Shown in pieces: positions 12,844 to 28,957 of a stretch of DNA of 64,000 nt. A program made the translations under genes and the position numbers. The notes beneath the pieces were generated by a model that was given only the letters and a program-made list of their open reading frames with translations, was not told where the DNA came from and did no database searches. The DNA is taken from the NCBI RefSeq assembly GCF_057098645.1, contig NZ_CM169472.1. One strand, 5' to 3'. Position 1 is the first letter of the stretch. Each line of letters opens with the position of its first letter.

Positions 12844-14236
12844 ATTTACGCTGTCTTTTGATCAAATTATTACCATCGGTTGTTTTCAGAAGCATGAACA
12901 TTGCTGCTGAAGCAACAGTAATAATGCCCATCGTGATAAACGTATAGTGGAATTGTTCGACAGTCGTTGTGCCTTCCATCCCTTCATAAACGCGAAGGAC
13001 GGCCGCACTTACAGCAACGCCTAAACTGATAGACAGTTGCTGCGTGACCGCCAGAACACTGTTACCGCTGCTGGCGTTGTCATCGGTCAGATCGGCAAGT
13101 GTGATGGTATTCATCGCGGTAAACTGCGTCGACATAGCCATCCCTAATATAAACAACGGCAAGATCAGCATCCATATCGCCATTGCCGGTGATTGCAAAG
13201 AGAACTGAGCGATCATTAGCCCAATAATCACCGTGATCCCCACTAATGTATGGCGATAGCCCAGACGACGTAAGACTTGGGTAACCATCGATTTTGCAAT
13301 AATGGAACCTAACGCTGTCGGTGCCATCATACAGCCGGCAATAAACGCCTGATAACCAAATCCTACCTGTAACATCAATGGCATAAGGAACGGTACACAG
13401 CCGGTCCCCAGACGGGTTGCAATATTGCCTACGATACCGATCGAGAAAGTGCGGGTTTTAAATAAATCTAATGAAATTAATGGGTTTGGCGTGCGTCGTG
13501 CATGGAGAATATAGAGAAGCAGTAACCCGATGCTGGTGACAATTACCGTCAAGGCAATCCAGCTGGCGACAATCTTTTCCCCGAATAGCTCTATTCCGCT
13601 TGAGAAGAGAACAAGGCTGAGGCCAAACAGCAAAAAGCCAGTGATATCGAATCTGCGTCGTGCGGTGGTGAAATTGGGCATATGTTTGCGCGCGTAAAGA
13701 AGGCCCGCAATACCTATGGGGATATTGATTAAAAATATCCAGTGCCAGGTTGCCCAGGTGACCAGCACGCCGCCAAGAACGGGGCCTAAAATTGGCCCCA
13801 CCAGACCCGGCATGGCGACAAAATTCAATACTGGAAGAAGTTCATTACGAGGATAAGCGCGCAGTAAGGCCAGCCGAGCAACAGGCATCATCATTGCGCC
13901 GCCTATCCCCTGAATAACCCGGAAGACAACCAGCTGTGGTAGCGAGTTGGAAAGTGCGCAGGCCAGAGAACCCAACGTGAACAGACTCACGGCAAGGGTA
14001 AAAATGCGACGCGTACCGAAGCGATCGGCTAGCCATCCGCTTACCGGAATAAGCATCGCCACCGTCAGCGTATAACTGATGATGGCTGATTGCATCGCGA
14101 GAGGAGAACGATTAAGGCTATGAGCGATTGCGGGTAAGGCGGTATTCAGAATAGTGGCATCAAGTGCCTGCATGAAGAAGGCCATCGCCGCGATCCACGG
14201 CAAACCCGCCATACTGCGCTTCTTTTTATCGCTCAT
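12821..14236 (-). CDS. hsrA: MFS-family efflux transporter (HsrA/YieO)
   Basis: 471-aa multi-helix ORF; its 3' end overlaps the rbsR 3' end by 23 bp; true start may lie slightly upstream. Confidence 0.85.
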
Positions 14237-14258
14237 TCAATGTCCTGTTATCGGGTTA

Positions 14259-14951
14259 TCACTTATCAGGTGAGCGTAGCAGCGCCTGACAAGCTTTAAA
14301 TGCCGCGTCGCCATCGCTTTGGATAATCGCATCGACAATCGCCTGATGCAGATCCAGCTTTATCACTGTGTCGCTGGTAATTGACGTGAAGTAAGTGTGA
14401 TAAACCGAATGGAATAGCGAGGCGAATGAGGTCAAAAACGGATTGGCGCTCATTTCATAGATATGCTCATGCCAGGCCATATCGACTTCGATCCAGCGTT
14501 CACGGCGAAAGTTCTCTTTTAATGCCGCCATTTCGGCCATTAACGTATTGAGATGCGCTTTCTGTTCTGCGGTGCCAACCGTTGCTGCCAGTAGGCAGGC
14601 TTGCGGCTCCAGACAGATACGCATAACCAGAAAGTGATCGATGACCTGATGAAAGTTCTCTTCTGTCATCCACCAGGTAAGCAATTCCTGATCAAGAAAA
14701 TTCCAGTTCGATTGTGGCATTACCCGGGTACCAATTCGCGGTCGCGGTAAAACCATCCCTTTTGCCGTTAACGTTTTGACCGCTTCGCGTACCGCTGTAC
14801 GACTCACTCCAAATTGCTCGCCCAGCTCAATCTCACCGGGCAAAATGGTGCCGGGTTCATATTCACCTTTTAAGATCCGTTGCGCCAGCTTCTCAGCCAG
14901 AACATACGAAAGGTTTTTCTGTGCAGCTAACTGTTGTGCGCTTAAAGGCAT
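14259..14951 (-). CDS. yieP: GntR/FadR-family transcriptional regulator
   Basis: 230 aa with N-terminal GntR-type helix-turn-helix. Confidence 0.85.
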   Translation of the reverse strand: MPLSAQQLAAQKNLSYVLAEKLAQRILKGEYEPGTILPGEIELGEQFGVSRTAVREAVKTLTAKGMVLPRPRIGTRVMPQSNWNFLDQELLTWWMTEENFHQVIDHFLVMRICLEPQACLLAATVGTAEQKAHLNTLMAEMAALKENFRRERWIEVDMAWHEHIYEMSANPFLTSFASLFHSVYHTYFTSITSDTVIKLDLHQAIVDAIIQSDGDAAFKACQALLRSPDK

Positions 14952-15103
14952 TACTAATCTTCCTTTTTCTTTTTATTCCTCCTTAGTATGCCACCAGGAA
15001 GTGTGATTACGGTTGCAAAAACGGCAAATTGCTTGTTTTATGGCACATTAACGGGGGTTTTGCTGAAAAAATGCGCGGTCAGAAAATTATTTTAAATTTC
15101 CTC

Positions 15104-15250
15104 TTGTCAGGCCGGAATAACTCCCTATAATGCGCCACCACTGACACGGAACAACGGCAAACACGCCGCCGGGTCAGCGGGGTTCTCCTGAGAACTTCAG
15201 CAGAGAAAGCAAAAACAAATGCTTGACTCTGTAGCGGGAAAGCGTATTAT
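15104..15250 (+). promoter_or_regulatory. tandem rRNA promoters P1 and P2
   Basis: P1 -35 TTGTCA (15104-15109) and -10 TATAAT (15126-15131), with an A/T-rich UP-like tract upstream; P2 -35 TTGACT (15223-15228) and -10 TATTAT (15245-15250). Confidence 0.8.
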
Positions 15251-15288
15251 GCACACCCCGCGCCGCTGAGAAAAAGCGAAGCGGCACT

Positions 15289-15300
15289 GCTCTTTAACAA
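15289..15300 (+). promoter_or_regulatory. boxA antitermination element in the rRNA leader
   Basis: GCTCTTTAACAA, an exact match to the boxA consensus. Confidence 0.8.
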
Positions 15301-15431
15301 TTTATCAGACAATCTGTGTGGGCACTCGAAGATACGGATTCTTAACGTCGCAAGACGAAAAATGAATACCAAGTCTCAAGAGTGAACACGTAATTCATTA
15401 CGAAGTTTAATTCTTTGAGCATCAAACTTTT

Positions 15432-16973
<1,542 letters not shown>

Positions 16974-17058
16974 CCTTAAAGAAGCGTTCTTTGAAGTGCT
17001 CACACAGATTGTCTGATAGAAAGTGAAAAGCAAGGCGTCTTGCGAAGCAGACTGATAC

Positions 17059-17134
17059 GTCCCCTTCGTCTAGAGGCCCAGGACACCGCCCTTTCACGGC
17101 GGTAACAGGGGTTCGAATCCCCTAGGGGACGCCA
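17059..17134 (+). tRNA. gltU: tRNA-Glu (anticodon UUC) in the 16S-23S spacer
   Basis: GTCCCCTTCGTCTAGAGG ... GGGGACGCCA, anticodon loop reads TTC. Confidence 0.95.
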
Positions 17135-17327
17135 CTTGCTGGTTTGTGAGTGAAAGTCACCTGCCTTAATATCTCAAAACTCATCTTCGGGTGATGTTTG
17201 AGATATTTGCTCTTTAAAAATCTGGATCAAGCTGAAAATTGAAACACTGAACAACGAGAGTTGTTCGTGAGTCTCTCAAATTTTCGCAACACGATGATGA
17301 ATCGCAAGAAACATCTTCGGGTTGTGA

Positions 17328-20232
<2,905 letters not shown>

Positions 20233-20324
20233 ACAACGCCGAAGCTGTTTTGGCGGATGAGAGAAGATTTTTAGCCTGATACAGATTAAATCAGAACGCA
20301 GAAGCGGTCTGATAAAACGGAATT

Positions 20325-20444
20325 TGCCTGGCGGCCGTAGCGCGGTGGTCCCACCTGACCCCATGCCGAACTCAGAAGTGAAACGCCGTAGCGCCGATGG
20401 TAGTGTGGGGTCTCCCCATGCGAGAGTAGGGAACTGCCAGGCAT
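20325..20444 (+). rRNA. rrfC: 5S ribosomal RNA
   Basis: TGCCTGGCGGCCGTAGCGCGGTGG ... GGGAACTGCCAGGCAT; 120 nt. Confidence 0.97.
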
Positions 20445-20496
20445 CAAATTAAGCAGTAAGCCGGTCATAAAACCGGTGGTTGTAAAAGAATTCGGT

Positions 20497-20573
20497 GGAG
20501 CGGTAGTTCAGTCGGTTAGAATACCTGCCTGTCACGCAGGGGGTCGCGGGTTCGAGTCCCGTCCGTTCCGCCA
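20497..20573 (+). tRNA. aspT: tRNA-Asp (anticodon GUC)
   Basis: GGAGCGGTAGTTCAGTCGG ... CCGTTCCGCCA, anticodon GTC. Confidence 0.95.
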
Positions 20574-20581
20574 CCCTAATT

Positions 20582-20657
20582 AGGGGCGTAGTTCAATTGG
20601 TAGAGCACCGGTCTCCAAAACCGGGTGTTGGGAGTTCGAGTCTCTCCGCCCCTGCCA
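20582..20657 (+). tRNA. trpT: tRNA-Trp (anticodon CCA)
   Basis: AGGGGCGTAGTTCAATTGG ... CCCCTGCCA, anticodon CCA. Confidence 0.95.
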
Positions 20658-20658
20658 G

Positions 20659-20692
20659 AAATCATCCTTAGCGAAAGCTAAGGATTTTTTTT
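20659..20692 (+). terminator. intrinsic terminator at the end of the rRNA operon
   Basis: Hairpin tccttagc-gaaa-gctaagga followed by T8. Confidence 0.8.
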
Positions 20693-20752
20693 ATCTGAAA
20701 TAACCCTCTCTGAAGTAAATCCTTCTACCGGCATCCTTGCCAGCCATTCAGA

Positions 20753-21592
20753 TTAATACACTTCATCCAGCACGTTAATTTTCAACAGATCGCGAATCAA
20801 CGTATTTTTATCGCTATTTTGCAGCCATATGGCATAAAGCGGCCGTGAAAGTGTTGTGCTATCGACAACGGTATGCAGGCCGCCTTTTTTACGCGCCCAG
20901 CTGACGGGTAGCCAGGTGCAACCATTAAGCATCGCAATCTGTTGCTGTGCCAGTTCAGCAGAACTGGTTGTCAGAATGGGCACTTCGTCAGCACCGATCA
21001 AACCTGCCTCATGCTGTTGAAAATCTGGCCCCCACTCCAGTCGCAGATAGTTAAGATCTCCCTTTAGTTTAGAAGGGGCACTGGTATAAAGCGCTAAAGT
21101 GAAATACCCCAGCAACTGACTACTAAATTCGTCCATTTTGGGCGCTTCAGTGGTAATAAGAAGATCAAGCTGGCGTTCATGCAGCTGTTTTACCAGAGAC
21201 TGCCGTTGGGCAATTCGCGCTTCGAACTGTAAGCCTGTATGGGCATCCTGATTTTGATACAAACGTCCCAGCCACTGATTAAGCATACATTCCCACAATG
21301 AGGCGCTGGCACCGATAGAAAACTCGTTATGTCGTGAGGTATGCGCCACCTCCTTACGGGCGGCCTGCCAGGTGCTCATGAGCGTTTCTGCATAAGGCAG
21401 TAGTTTTTCACCGGCAGCGGTTAAACGGATATTGTTTCTGTGGCGGGTGAAAAGATTCACACCCAGTTGATTTTCCAGTTGTCTGATTCGAAAGCTCACG
21501 GCTGATTGGGTCAGATAGAGCGATTCAGCCGCTCGACCAAAGTGACGCGTTCGGCTAACTTCCAGGAAAGTTTTTAACAATTCCGTATCCAC
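20753..21592 (-). CDS. hdfR: LysR-family transcriptional regulator HdfR
   Basis: 279 aa, N-terminal LysR helix-turn-helix. Confidence 0.9.
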   Translation of the reverse strand: MDTELLKTFLEVSRTRHFGRAAESLYLTQSAVSFRIRQLENQLGVNLFTRHRNNIRLTAAGEKLLPYAETLMSTWQAARKEVAHTSRHNEFSIGASASLWECMLNQWLGRLYQNQDAHTGLQFEARIAQRQSLVKQLHERQLDLLITTEAPKMDEFSSQLLGYFTLALYTSAPSKLKGDLNYLRLEWGPDFQQHEAGLIGADEVPILTTSSAELAQQQIAMLNGCTWLPVSWARKKGGLHTVVDSTTLSRPLYAIWLQNSDKNTLIRDLLKINVLDEVY

Positions 21593-21710
21593 AGTGCTCT
21601 CCGCAAAATTATTTGTCGTTATGATTTAAATGTTTTGTTTTACACTCTGTCAAGCGTAACTAATACTCCGCGCCATAACTAGCTCGGTCAAAGAATTAGG
21701 AGCGTGCAGG

Positions 21711-22049
21711 ATGGCGGAAAGCTTTACGACGACTAATCGATATTTCGACAATAAACATTATCCACGTGGATTCTCTCGTCATGGTGATTTCACCATCAAA
21801 GAGGCACAACTGCTTGAGCGTCATGGTTATGCCTTCAATGAGTTGGATCTTGGCAAACGCGAGCCGGTTACCGAGGAAGAGAAACTCTTCGTAGCAGTAT
21901 GCCGTGGCGAACGTGAGCCAGTGACAGAAGCAGAACGCGTGTGGTCCAAGTATATGACGCGTATCAAGCGTCCAAAACGTTTTCACACCCTTTCCGGCGG
22001 TAAACCGCAGGTTGAAGGTGCTGAAGACTACACCGATTCTGACGATTAA
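21711..22049 (+). CDS. yifE: conserved protein YifE (UPF0438 family)
   Basis: 112-aa ORF divergent from hdfR; protein recognised. Confidence 0.85.
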   Translation: MAESFTTTNRYFDNKHYPRGFSRHGDFTIKEAQLLERHGYAFNELDLGKREPVTEEEKLFVAVCRGEREPVTEAERVWSKYMTRIKRPKRFHTLSGGKPQVEGAEDYTDSDD

Positions 22050-22072
22050 TAAAAAGGGCGAAATGCCCTTTT

Positions 22073-23593
22073 TTATGTCAGTAGTTTTTGCAGATGGATG
22101 AGCAAACGGTCAATCGCACGATAGCTAACTGCCTCCTGCAAATGCTGACGTGTGATAATGTCAGACTGATCAATATCAGCAATGGTTCGTGCAACTTTCA
22201 ATAACCGCTGCCAGGCACGAATCGATAACCCCAGATGGATCAGTGTTCCTTCCAACCACATCGCATCTTCGCTCTCAAGTTTGCAGAATTGGCGTATTTC
22301 CGGACTATCCAGCCAGGCATTCAGTTTATTCTGCCGCTTAAATTGGCGCTCTCTGGCGGCCATTACGCGTTGTTTAACGGTGGTGCTGCTTTCTCCCGGC
22401 ACTACCGTTTTACTCAAAATGCCGGGGGGTGGTAATGGGATCTCCAGTGAGAGATCGAAGCGGTCGAGAAAGGGCCCCGAGAGCCGGTTGAGATAACGTA
22501 ATGTCTGTTCTGGCGTGCAGCGGTTATGGTTTCCCTGATAATGTCCGGTAGGGCTGGGATTCATCGCCGCGACAAGCTGGAAACGGGCTGGATAGGTTAT
22601 TTTTGCTCGTGTGCGTGAAAGATGGATCTGCCCGGATTCAATCGGCTCTCGCAAGGCATCCAGTGTACGCCGTTCAAATTCAGGTAGCTCATCAAGAAAA
22701 AGCACGCCGTTATGCGCCAGCGAAATTTCACCTGGCCCTGGAATTGCACCACCGCCCACCATCGCAGTTAACGACGCACTGTGATGCGGTGAGCGGAACG
22801 GGCGCTGCCGCCATTGTTTTTGTACTGATTCAGCATTTACCAGACTTAATATCGCAGCGCTCTCCAGTGCCTCTTCATTGCTTAAATCTGGCAAAAGACC
22901 ATTAATACGGCTGGCGAGCATTGTTTTACCTGTTCCCGGCGGCCCAATCAGTAAAAGGTTGTGCCCGCCAGCGGCGGTAATTTCCAGTCCTCGCTTTCCT
23001 TGTTCCTGACCGACAACATCACTGAGATCATGTTGTAGCGCCCGGGATACTGCATCAGTTGGTTTCGGGCGTTCGAGAGTGTGCTTACCTTCCAGAAACG
23101 CACAGACAGCTTGCAGATGATCGGCTATCAGGCATCCTTCACCGTTAATTAGCCCCACTTCATCTTCGTTATCTTTCGCGACGATAATTTTTCTGCCCGA
23201 CTTAATAGCTTCAGTTGCACTGGAGATTGCACCGGGAACGCCACGCAGAGCGCCTGTAAGCGCCAGTTCTCCGACTAATTCATATTCATCTAACTTATTG
23301 GCTGTAAGCTGTTCTGAGGCCGCCAGCAACGCAATGGCGATAGGTAAATCATATCGTCCCCCTTCTTTTGGCAGATCGGCTGGAGCCAGGTTGATGGTGA
23401 TTTTTTGGGCCGGATATTCATATCCGCTATTGATAATGGCGCTGCGCACGCGATCGCGGGCTTCTTTTACCGTTGTTTCTGGTAAGCCCACCATCGTTAA
23501 GCCGGGTAGACCTTTACTGATATGTACCTCAACAGTGATTGGGGGCGCATTTACTCCCAGGGCTGCGCGGGTATGAACAATTGACAGTGACAT
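22073..23593 (-). CDS. comM: Mg-chelatase-like AAA+ protein ComM/YifB
   Basis: Walker A GPPGTGKT; start placed at MSLSIVHT (506 aa), the ORF track starts 10 codons earlier. Confidence 0.88.
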   Translation of the reverse strand: MSLSIVHTRAALGVNAPPITVEVHISKGLPGLTMVGLPETTVKEARDRVRSAIINSGYEYPAQKITINLAPADLPKEGGRYDLPIAIALLAASEQLTANKLDEYELVGELALTGALRGVPGAISSATEAIKSGRKIIVAKDNEDEVGLINGEGCLIADHLQAVCAFLEGKHTLERPKPTDAVSRALQHDLSDVVGQEQGKRGLEITAAGGHNLLLIGPPGTGKTMLASRINGLLPDLSNEEALESAAILSLVNAESVQKQWRQRPFRSPHHSASLTAMVGGGAIPGPGEISLAHNGVLFLDELPEFERRTLDALREPIESGQIHLSRTRAKITYPARFQLVAAMNPSPTGHYQGNHNRCTPEQTLRYLNRLSGPFLDRFDLSLEIPLPPPGILSKTVVPGESSTTVKQRVMAARERQFKRQNKLNAWLDSPEIRQFCKLESEDAMWLEGTLIHLGLSIRAWQRLLKVARTIADIDQSDIITRQHLQEAVSYRAIDRLLIHLQKLLT

Positions 23594-23946
23594 AAGCCCT
23601 CCTTGAGTCACCATTATGTGCATAAGATATCGCTGCTGTAGCCCGCTAATTCGTGAATTTTAGTGGCTGATTCCTGTTTATTTGTGCAAGTGAAGTTGAG
23701 TTGTTCTGGCGGTGGAATGATGCTCGCAAAAATGCAGCGGACAAAGGATGAACTACGAGGAAGGGAACAACATTTATACTGAAATTGAATTTTTTTTCAC
23801 TCACTATTTTCTTTTTAAAAAACAACAATTTCTATTGAAATTATTAAAGCCATCATAAAAATCGGCCAAAAAATATCTTGTGCTATTCGCAAAATCTATG
23901 GTAACTCTTTAGGCATTCCTTCGAACAAGATGCAAGAAAAGACAAA

Positions 23947-24045
23947 ATGACAGCCCTTCTACGAGTGATTAGTCTGGTCGTGATTAGCGTGGTGGTGATT
24001 ATTATCCCACCGTGCGGGGCTGCACTTGGACGAGGAAAGGCTTAG
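23947..24045 (+). CDS. ilvL: ilv operon leader peptide
   Basis: 32-aa peptide MTALLRVISLVVISVVVIIIPPCGAALGRGKA, dense in Leu/Val/Ile codons. Confidence 0.95.
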   Translation: MTALLRVISLVVISVVVIIIPPCGAALGRGKA

Positions 24046-24067
24046 AGATCAAGCCTTAACGAACTAA

Positions 24068-24101
24068 GACCCCCGCACCGAAAGGTCCGGGGGTTTTTTT
24101 T
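24068..24101 (+). terminator. ilv attenuator (leader terminator)
   Basis: GC-rich hairpin (cccccgcacc-gaaa-ggtccggggg) followed by T8, directly after the ilvL stop. Confidence 0.85.
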
Positions 24102-24131
24102 GACCTTAAAAACATAACCGAGGAGCAGACA

Positions 24132-24182
24132 ATGAATAACAGCACAAAATTCTGTTTCTCAAGATTCAGGACGGGGAACTAA
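24132..24182 (+). CDS. ilvX: small protein IlvX (16 aa)
   Basis: [19 protein letters not shown] preceded by AGGAG Shine-Dalgarno, between the attenuator and ilvG. Confidence 0.6.
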   Translation: MNNSTKFCFSRFRTGN

Positions 24183-24184
24183 CT

Positions 24185-25831
24185 ATGAATGGCGCACAGT
24201 GGGTGGTACATGCGTTGCGGGCACAGGGTGTGAACACCGTTTTCGGTTATCCGGGTGGCGCAATTATGCCGGTTTACGATGCATTGTATGACGGCGGCGT
24301 GGAGCACTTGCTGTGCCGACATGAGCAGGGTGCGGCAATGGCGGCTATCGGTTATGCCCGTGCTACCGGCAAAACTGGCGTATGTATCGCCACGTCTGGT
24401 CCGGGCGCAACCAACCTGATAACCGGGCTTGCGGACGCACTGTTAGATTCTATCCCTGTTGTTGCCATCACCGGTCAAGTGTCCGCACCGTTTATCGGCA
24501 CTGACGCATTTCAGGAAGTGGATGTCCTGGGATTGTCGTTAGCCTGTACTAAGCACAGCTTCCTGGTGCAGTCGCTGGAAGAGTTGCCGCGCATCATGGC
24601 TGAAGCATTCGACGTTGCCAGCTCAGGTCGTCCTGGTCCGGTTCTGGTCGATATCCCAAAAGATATCCAGTTAGCCAGCGGCGACCTGGAACCGTGGTTC
24701 ACCACCGTTGAAAACGAAGTGACTTTCCCATATGCCGAAGTTGAGCAAGCGCGCCAGATGCTGGCAAAAGCGCAAAAACCGATGCTGTACGTTGGTGGTG
24801 GCGTGGGTATGGCGCAGGCAGTTCCTGCTTTACGAGAATTTCTCGCTACCACAAAAATGCCTGCCACCTGCACGCTGAAAGGGCTGGGCGCAGTTGAAGC
24901 AGATTATCCGTACTATCTGGGCATGCTGGGAATGCATGGCACCAAAGCGGCGAACTTCGCGGTGCAGGAGTGCGACTTGCTGATCGCCGTGGGTGCACGT
25001 TTTGATGACCGGGTGACCGGCAAACTGAACACCTTCGCACCACACGCCAGTGTTATCCATATGGATATCGACCCGGCAGAAATGAACAAGCTGCGTCAGG
25101 CACATGTGGCATTACAAGGTGATTTAAATGCTCTGTTACCAGCATTACAGCAGCCGTTAAATATCAATGACTGGCAGCTACACTGCACGCAGCTGCGTGA
25201 TGAACATGCCTGGCGTTACGACCATCCCGGTGACGCTATCTACGCGCCGTTGTTGTTAAAACAACTGTCGGATCGTAAACCTGCGGATTGCGTCGTGACC
25301 ACAGATGTGGGGCAGCACCAGATGTGGGCTGCGCAGCACATCGCCCACACTCGCCCGGAAAATTTCATCACCTCCAGCGGCTTAGGTACCATGGGTTTTG
25401 GTTTACCGGCGGCGGTTGGCGCACAAGTCGCGCGACCGAACGATACCGTTGTCTGTATCTCCGGTGACGGCTCTTTCATGATGAATGTGCAAGAGCTGGG
25501 CACCGTAAAACGCAAGCAGTTACCGTTGAAAATCGTCTTACTCGATAACCAACGGTTAGGGATGGTTCGACAATGGCAGCAACTGTTTTTCCAGGAACGA
25601 TACAGCGAAACCACCCTTACCGATAACCCCGATTTCCTCAAGTTAGCCAGCGCCTTCGGCATCCCTGGCCAACACATCACCCGTAAAGACCAGGTTGAAG
25701 CGGCACTCGACACCATGCTGAACAGTAATGGGCCATACCTGCTTCATGTCTCAATCGACGAACTTGAGAACGTCTGGCCGCTGGTGCCGCCTGGTGCCAG
25801 TAATTCAGAAATGTTGGAGAAATTATCATGA
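24185..25831 (+). CDS. ilvG: acetolactate synthase II large subunit, intact reading frame
   Basis: Uninterrupted 548-aa ORF with thiamine-diphosphate enzyme motifs; K-12 carries a frameshift in this gene. Confidence 0.93.
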   Translation: MNGAQWVVHALRAQGVNTVFGYPGGAIMPVYDALYDGGVEHLLCRHEQGAAMAAIGYARATGKTGVCIATSGPGATNLITGLADALLDSIPVVAITGQVSAPFIGTDAFQEVDVLGLSLACTKHSFLVQSLEELPRIMAEAFDVASSGRPGPVLVDIPKDIQLASGDLEPWFTTVENEVTFPYAEVEQARQMLAKAQKPMLYVGGGVGMAQAVPALREFLATTKMPATCTLKGLGAVEADYPYYLGMLGMHGTKAANFAVQECDLLIAVGARFDDRVTGKLNTFAPHASVIHMDIDPAEMNKLRQAHVALQGDLNALLPALQQPLNINDWQLHCTQLRDEHAWRYDHPGDAIYAPLLLKQLSDRKPADCVVTTDVGQHQMWAAQHIAHTRPENFITSSGLGTMGFGLPAAVGAQVARPNDTVVCISGDGSFMMNVQELGTVKRKQLPLKIVLLDNQRLGMVRQWQQLFFQERYSETTLTDNPDFLKLASAFGIPGQHITRKDQVEAALDTMLNSNGPYLLHVSIDELENVWPLVPPGASNSEMLEKLS

Positions 25832-26091
25832 TGCAACATCAGGTCAATGTATCGGCTCGCTTCAATCCGGAAACCTTAGAACGTGTTTTACGCGTGGTGC
25901 GTCATCGTGGTTTCCACGTCTGCTCAATGAATATGGCCGCCGCCAGCGATGCACAAAATATAAATATCGAATTGACCGTTGCCAGCCCACGGTCGGTCGA
26001 CTTACTGTTTAGTCAGTTAAATAAACTGGTGGACGTCGCACACGTTGCCATCTGCCAGAGCACAACCACATCACAACAAATCCGCGCCTGA
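25828..26091 (+). CDS. ilvM: acetolactate synthase II small subunit
   Basis: 87 aa; start overlaps the ilvG stop by 4 bp (ATGA). Confidence 0.93.
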   Translation: MMQHQVNVSARFNPETLERVLRVVRHRGFHVCSMNMAAASDAQNINIELTVASPRSVDLLFSQLNKLVDVAHVAICQSTTTSQQIRA

Positions 26092-26110
26092 GCGCAAAAG
26101 GAATATAAAA

Positions 26111-27040
26111 ATGACCACGAAGAAAGCTGATTACATTTGGTTCAATGGGGAGATGGTTCGCTGGGAAGACGCGAAGGTGCATGTGATGTCGCACGCGCTG
26201 CACTATGGCACCTCGGTTTTTGAAGGCATCCGTTGCTACGACTCGCACAAAGGACCGGTTGTATTCCGCCATCGTGAGCATATGCAGCGTCTGCATGACT
26301 CCGCCAAAATCTATCGCTTCCCGGTTTCGCAGAGCATTGATGAGCTGATGGAAGCTTGTCGTGACGTGATCCGCAAAAACAATCTCACCAGCGCCTATAT
26401 CCGTCCGCTGATCTTCGTCGGTGATGTTGGTATGGGCGTTAACCCGTCAGCGGGATACTCAACCGATGTGATTATCGCCGCTTTCCCGTGGGGAGCGTAT
26501 CTGGGCGCAGAAGCGCTGGAGCAGGGGATCGATGCGATGGTTTCCTCCTGGAACCGTGCAGCACCAAACACCATCCCAACCGCGGCGAAAGCCGGTGGTA
26601 ACTATCTCTCTTCCCTGCTGGTGGGTAGTGAAGCGCGCCGCCACGGTTATCAGGAAGGTATCGCGCTGGATGTGAATGGCTACATCTCTGAAGGTGCAGG
26701 CGAAAACCTGTTTGAAGTGAAAGACGGCGTGCTGTTCACCCCACCGTTCACCTCCTCAGCGCTGCCGGGTATTACCCGTGATGCCATCATCAAACTGGCG
26801 AAAGAGCTGGGAATTGAAGTGCGTGAGCAGGTGCTGTCGCGCGAATCACTGTACCTGGCGGATGAAGTGTTTATGTCTGGGACAGCGGCAGAAATCACGC
26901 CAGTGCGCAGCGTAGACGGTATTCAGGTTGGCGAAGGCCGTTGTGGTCCGGTCACCAAACGCATCCAGCAAGCCTTCTTCGGCCTCTTCACCGGCGAAAC
27001 CGAAGATAAATGGGGCTGGTTAGATCAAGTTAATCAATAA
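26111..27040 (+). CDS. ilvE: branched-chain amino acid aminotransferase
   Basis: Start at MTTKKADYIWFNGEM, 309 aa. Confidence 0.95.
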   Translation: MTTKKADYIWFNGEMVRWEDAKVHVMSHALHYGTSVFEGIRCYDSHKGPVVFRHREHMQRLHDSAKIYRFPVSQSIDELMEACRDVIRKNNLTSAYIRPLIFVGDVGMGVNPSAGYSTDVIIAAFPWGAYLGAEALEQGIDAMVSSWNRAAPNTIPTAAKAGGNYLSSLLVGSEARRHGYQEGIALDVNGYISEGAGENLFEVKDGVLFTPPFTSSALPGITRDAIIKLAKELGIEVREQVLSRESLYLADEVFMSGTAAEITPVRSVDGIQVGEGRCGPVTKRIQQAFFGLFTGETEDKWGWLDQVNQ

Positions 27041-27104
27041 ATACAAAAAATGGGACGGCACGCACCGTCCCATTTACGAGACAGACACTGGGAGTAAATA
27101 AAGT

Positions 27105-28955
27105 ATGCCTAAGTACCGTTCCGCCACCACCACTCATGGTCGTAATATGGCGGGTGCTCGTGCGCTGTGGCGCGCCACCGGAATGACCGACGCCGATTTC
27201 GGTAAGCCGATTATCGCGGTTGTGAACTCGTTCACCCAATTTGTACCGGGTCACGTCCATCTGCGCGATCTCGGTAAACTGGTCGCCGAACAAATTGAAG
27301 CGGCTGGTGGTGTTGCCAAAGAGTTCAACACCATTGCGGTGGATGATGGGATTGCCATGGGACACGGGGGGATGCTTTATTCACTGCCATCTCGCGAACT
27401 GATCGCTGATTCCGTTGAGTATATGGTCAACGCCCACTGCGCCGACGCCATGGTCTGCATCTCTAACTGTGACAAAATCACCCCGGGGATGCTGATGGCC
27501 TCTCTGCGTCTGAATATTCCGGTGATCTTTGTTTCCGGCGGCCCGATGGAGGCCGGGAAAACCAAACTGTCCGATCAGATCATCAAGCTCGATCTGGTTG
27601 ATGCGATGATCCAGGGGGCAGACCCGAAAGTTTCTGACTCCCAGAGCGATCAGGTTGAACGTTCCGCATGCCCAACCTGCGGTTCCTGCTCCGGGATGTT
27701 TACCGCTAACTCAATGAACTGCCTGACCGAAGCGCTGGGTCTGTCGCAGCCGGGCAACGGCTCGCTGCTGGCAACCCACTCTGACCGTAAGCAGCTGTTC
27801 CTCAATGCTGGTAAACGCATTGTTGAATTGACCAAACGTTACTACGAGCAAAACGACGAAAGTGCACTGCCCCGCAATATTGCTAGCAAAGCGGCGTTTG
27901 AAAATGCCATGACGCTGGATATCGCGATGGGTGGATCGACTAACACCGTTCTTCACCTGCTGGCGGCGGCGCAGGAAGCGGAAATCGACTTCACCATGAG
28001 TGATATCGACAAACTTTCGCGTAAAGTCCCGCAGTTATGCAAAGTTGCGCCGAGCACCCAAAAATACCATATGGAAGATGTTCACCGTGCTGGTGGTGTT
28101 ATCGGTATTCTCGGCGAACTGGATCGCGCTAACTTACTGAATCGCGATGTGAAAAACGTACTTGGCCTGACGTTGCCGCAAACGCTGGAACAATACGACG
28201 TTATGCTGACCCAGGATGACGCGGTAAAAAATATGTTCCGCGCAGGCCCTGCAGGCATTCGTACCACACAGGCATTCTCGCAGGATTGCCGCTGGGATAC
28301 GCTGGACGACGATCGCGCAAATGGCTGTATTCGCTCGCTGGAACACGCCTACAGCAAAGACGGTGGCCTGGCGGTGCTCTACGGAAATTTCGCGGAAAAC
28401 GGCTGCATCGTTAAAACCGCGGGCGTCGATGACAGCATCCTCAAATTCACCGGCCCGGCGAAAGTATACGAAAGCCAGGACGATGCGGTAGAAGCGATTC
28501 TCGGCGGTAAAGTTGTCGCGGGCGATGTGGTTGTTATCCGCTACGAAGGCCCGAAAGGCGGTCCGGGGATGCAGGAAATGCTCTACCCAACCAGTTTCCT
28601 GAAATCAATGGGTCTCGGTAAAGCCTGTGCGCTGATCACCGACGGTCGTTTCTCCGGCGGTACCTCTGGTCTTTCCATCGGTCACGTTTCACCGGAAGCG
28701 GCAAGCGGCGGCAGCATTGGCCTGATTGAAGACGGCGACCTGATCGCCATCGACATTCCGAACCGTGGCATTCAGTTACAGGTAAGCGATGCCGAACTGG
28801 CGGCGCGTCGTGAAGCGCAGGAAGCTCGGGGTGACAAAGCCTGGACGCCGAAAAATCGTGAACGTCAGGTCTCCTTTGCCCTGCGTGCTTATGCCAGCCT
28901 GGCAACCAGCGCCGACAAAGGCGCGGTGCGCGATAAATCGAAACTGGGGGGTTAA
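27105..28955 (+). CDS. ilvD: dihydroxy-acid dehydratase
   Basis: 616 aa, protein recognised. Confidence 0.96.
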   Translation: MPKYRSATTTHGRNMAGARALWRATGMTDADFGKPIIAVVNSFTQFVPGHVHLRDLGKLVAEQIEAAGGVAKEFNTIAVDDGIAMGHGGMLYSLPSRELIADSVEYMVNAHCADAMVCISNCDKITPGMLMASLRLNIPVIFVSGGPMEAGKTKLSDQIIKLDLVDAMIQGADPKVSDSQSDQVERSACPTCGSCSGMFTANSMNCLTEALGLSQPGNGSLLATHSDRKQLFLNAGKRIVELTKRYYEQNDESALPRNIASKAAFENAMTLDIAMGGSTNTVLHLLAAAQEAEIDFTMSDIDKLSRKVPQLCKVAPSTQKYHMEDVHRAGGVIGILGELDRANLLNRDVKNVLGLTLPQTLEQYDVMLTQDDAVKNMFRAGPAGIRTTQAFSQDCRWDTLDDDRANGCIRSLEHAYSKDGGLAVLYGNFAENGCIVKTAGVDDSILKFTGPAKVYESQDDAVEAILGGKVVAGDVVVIRYEGPKGGPGMQEMLYPTSFLKSMGLGKACALITDGRFSGGTSGLSIGHVSPEAASGGSIGLIEDGDLIAIDIPNRGIQLQVSDAELAARREAQEARGDKAWTPKNRERQVSFALRAYASLATSADKGAVRDKSKLGG

Positions 28956-28957
28956 TA

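Noticed and set aside
24511-25716. Antisense and alternate-frame ORFs inside ilvG (for example 25240..25716, 158 aa)
   Set aside because: Embedded in the ilvG coding sequence with no independent start signals.
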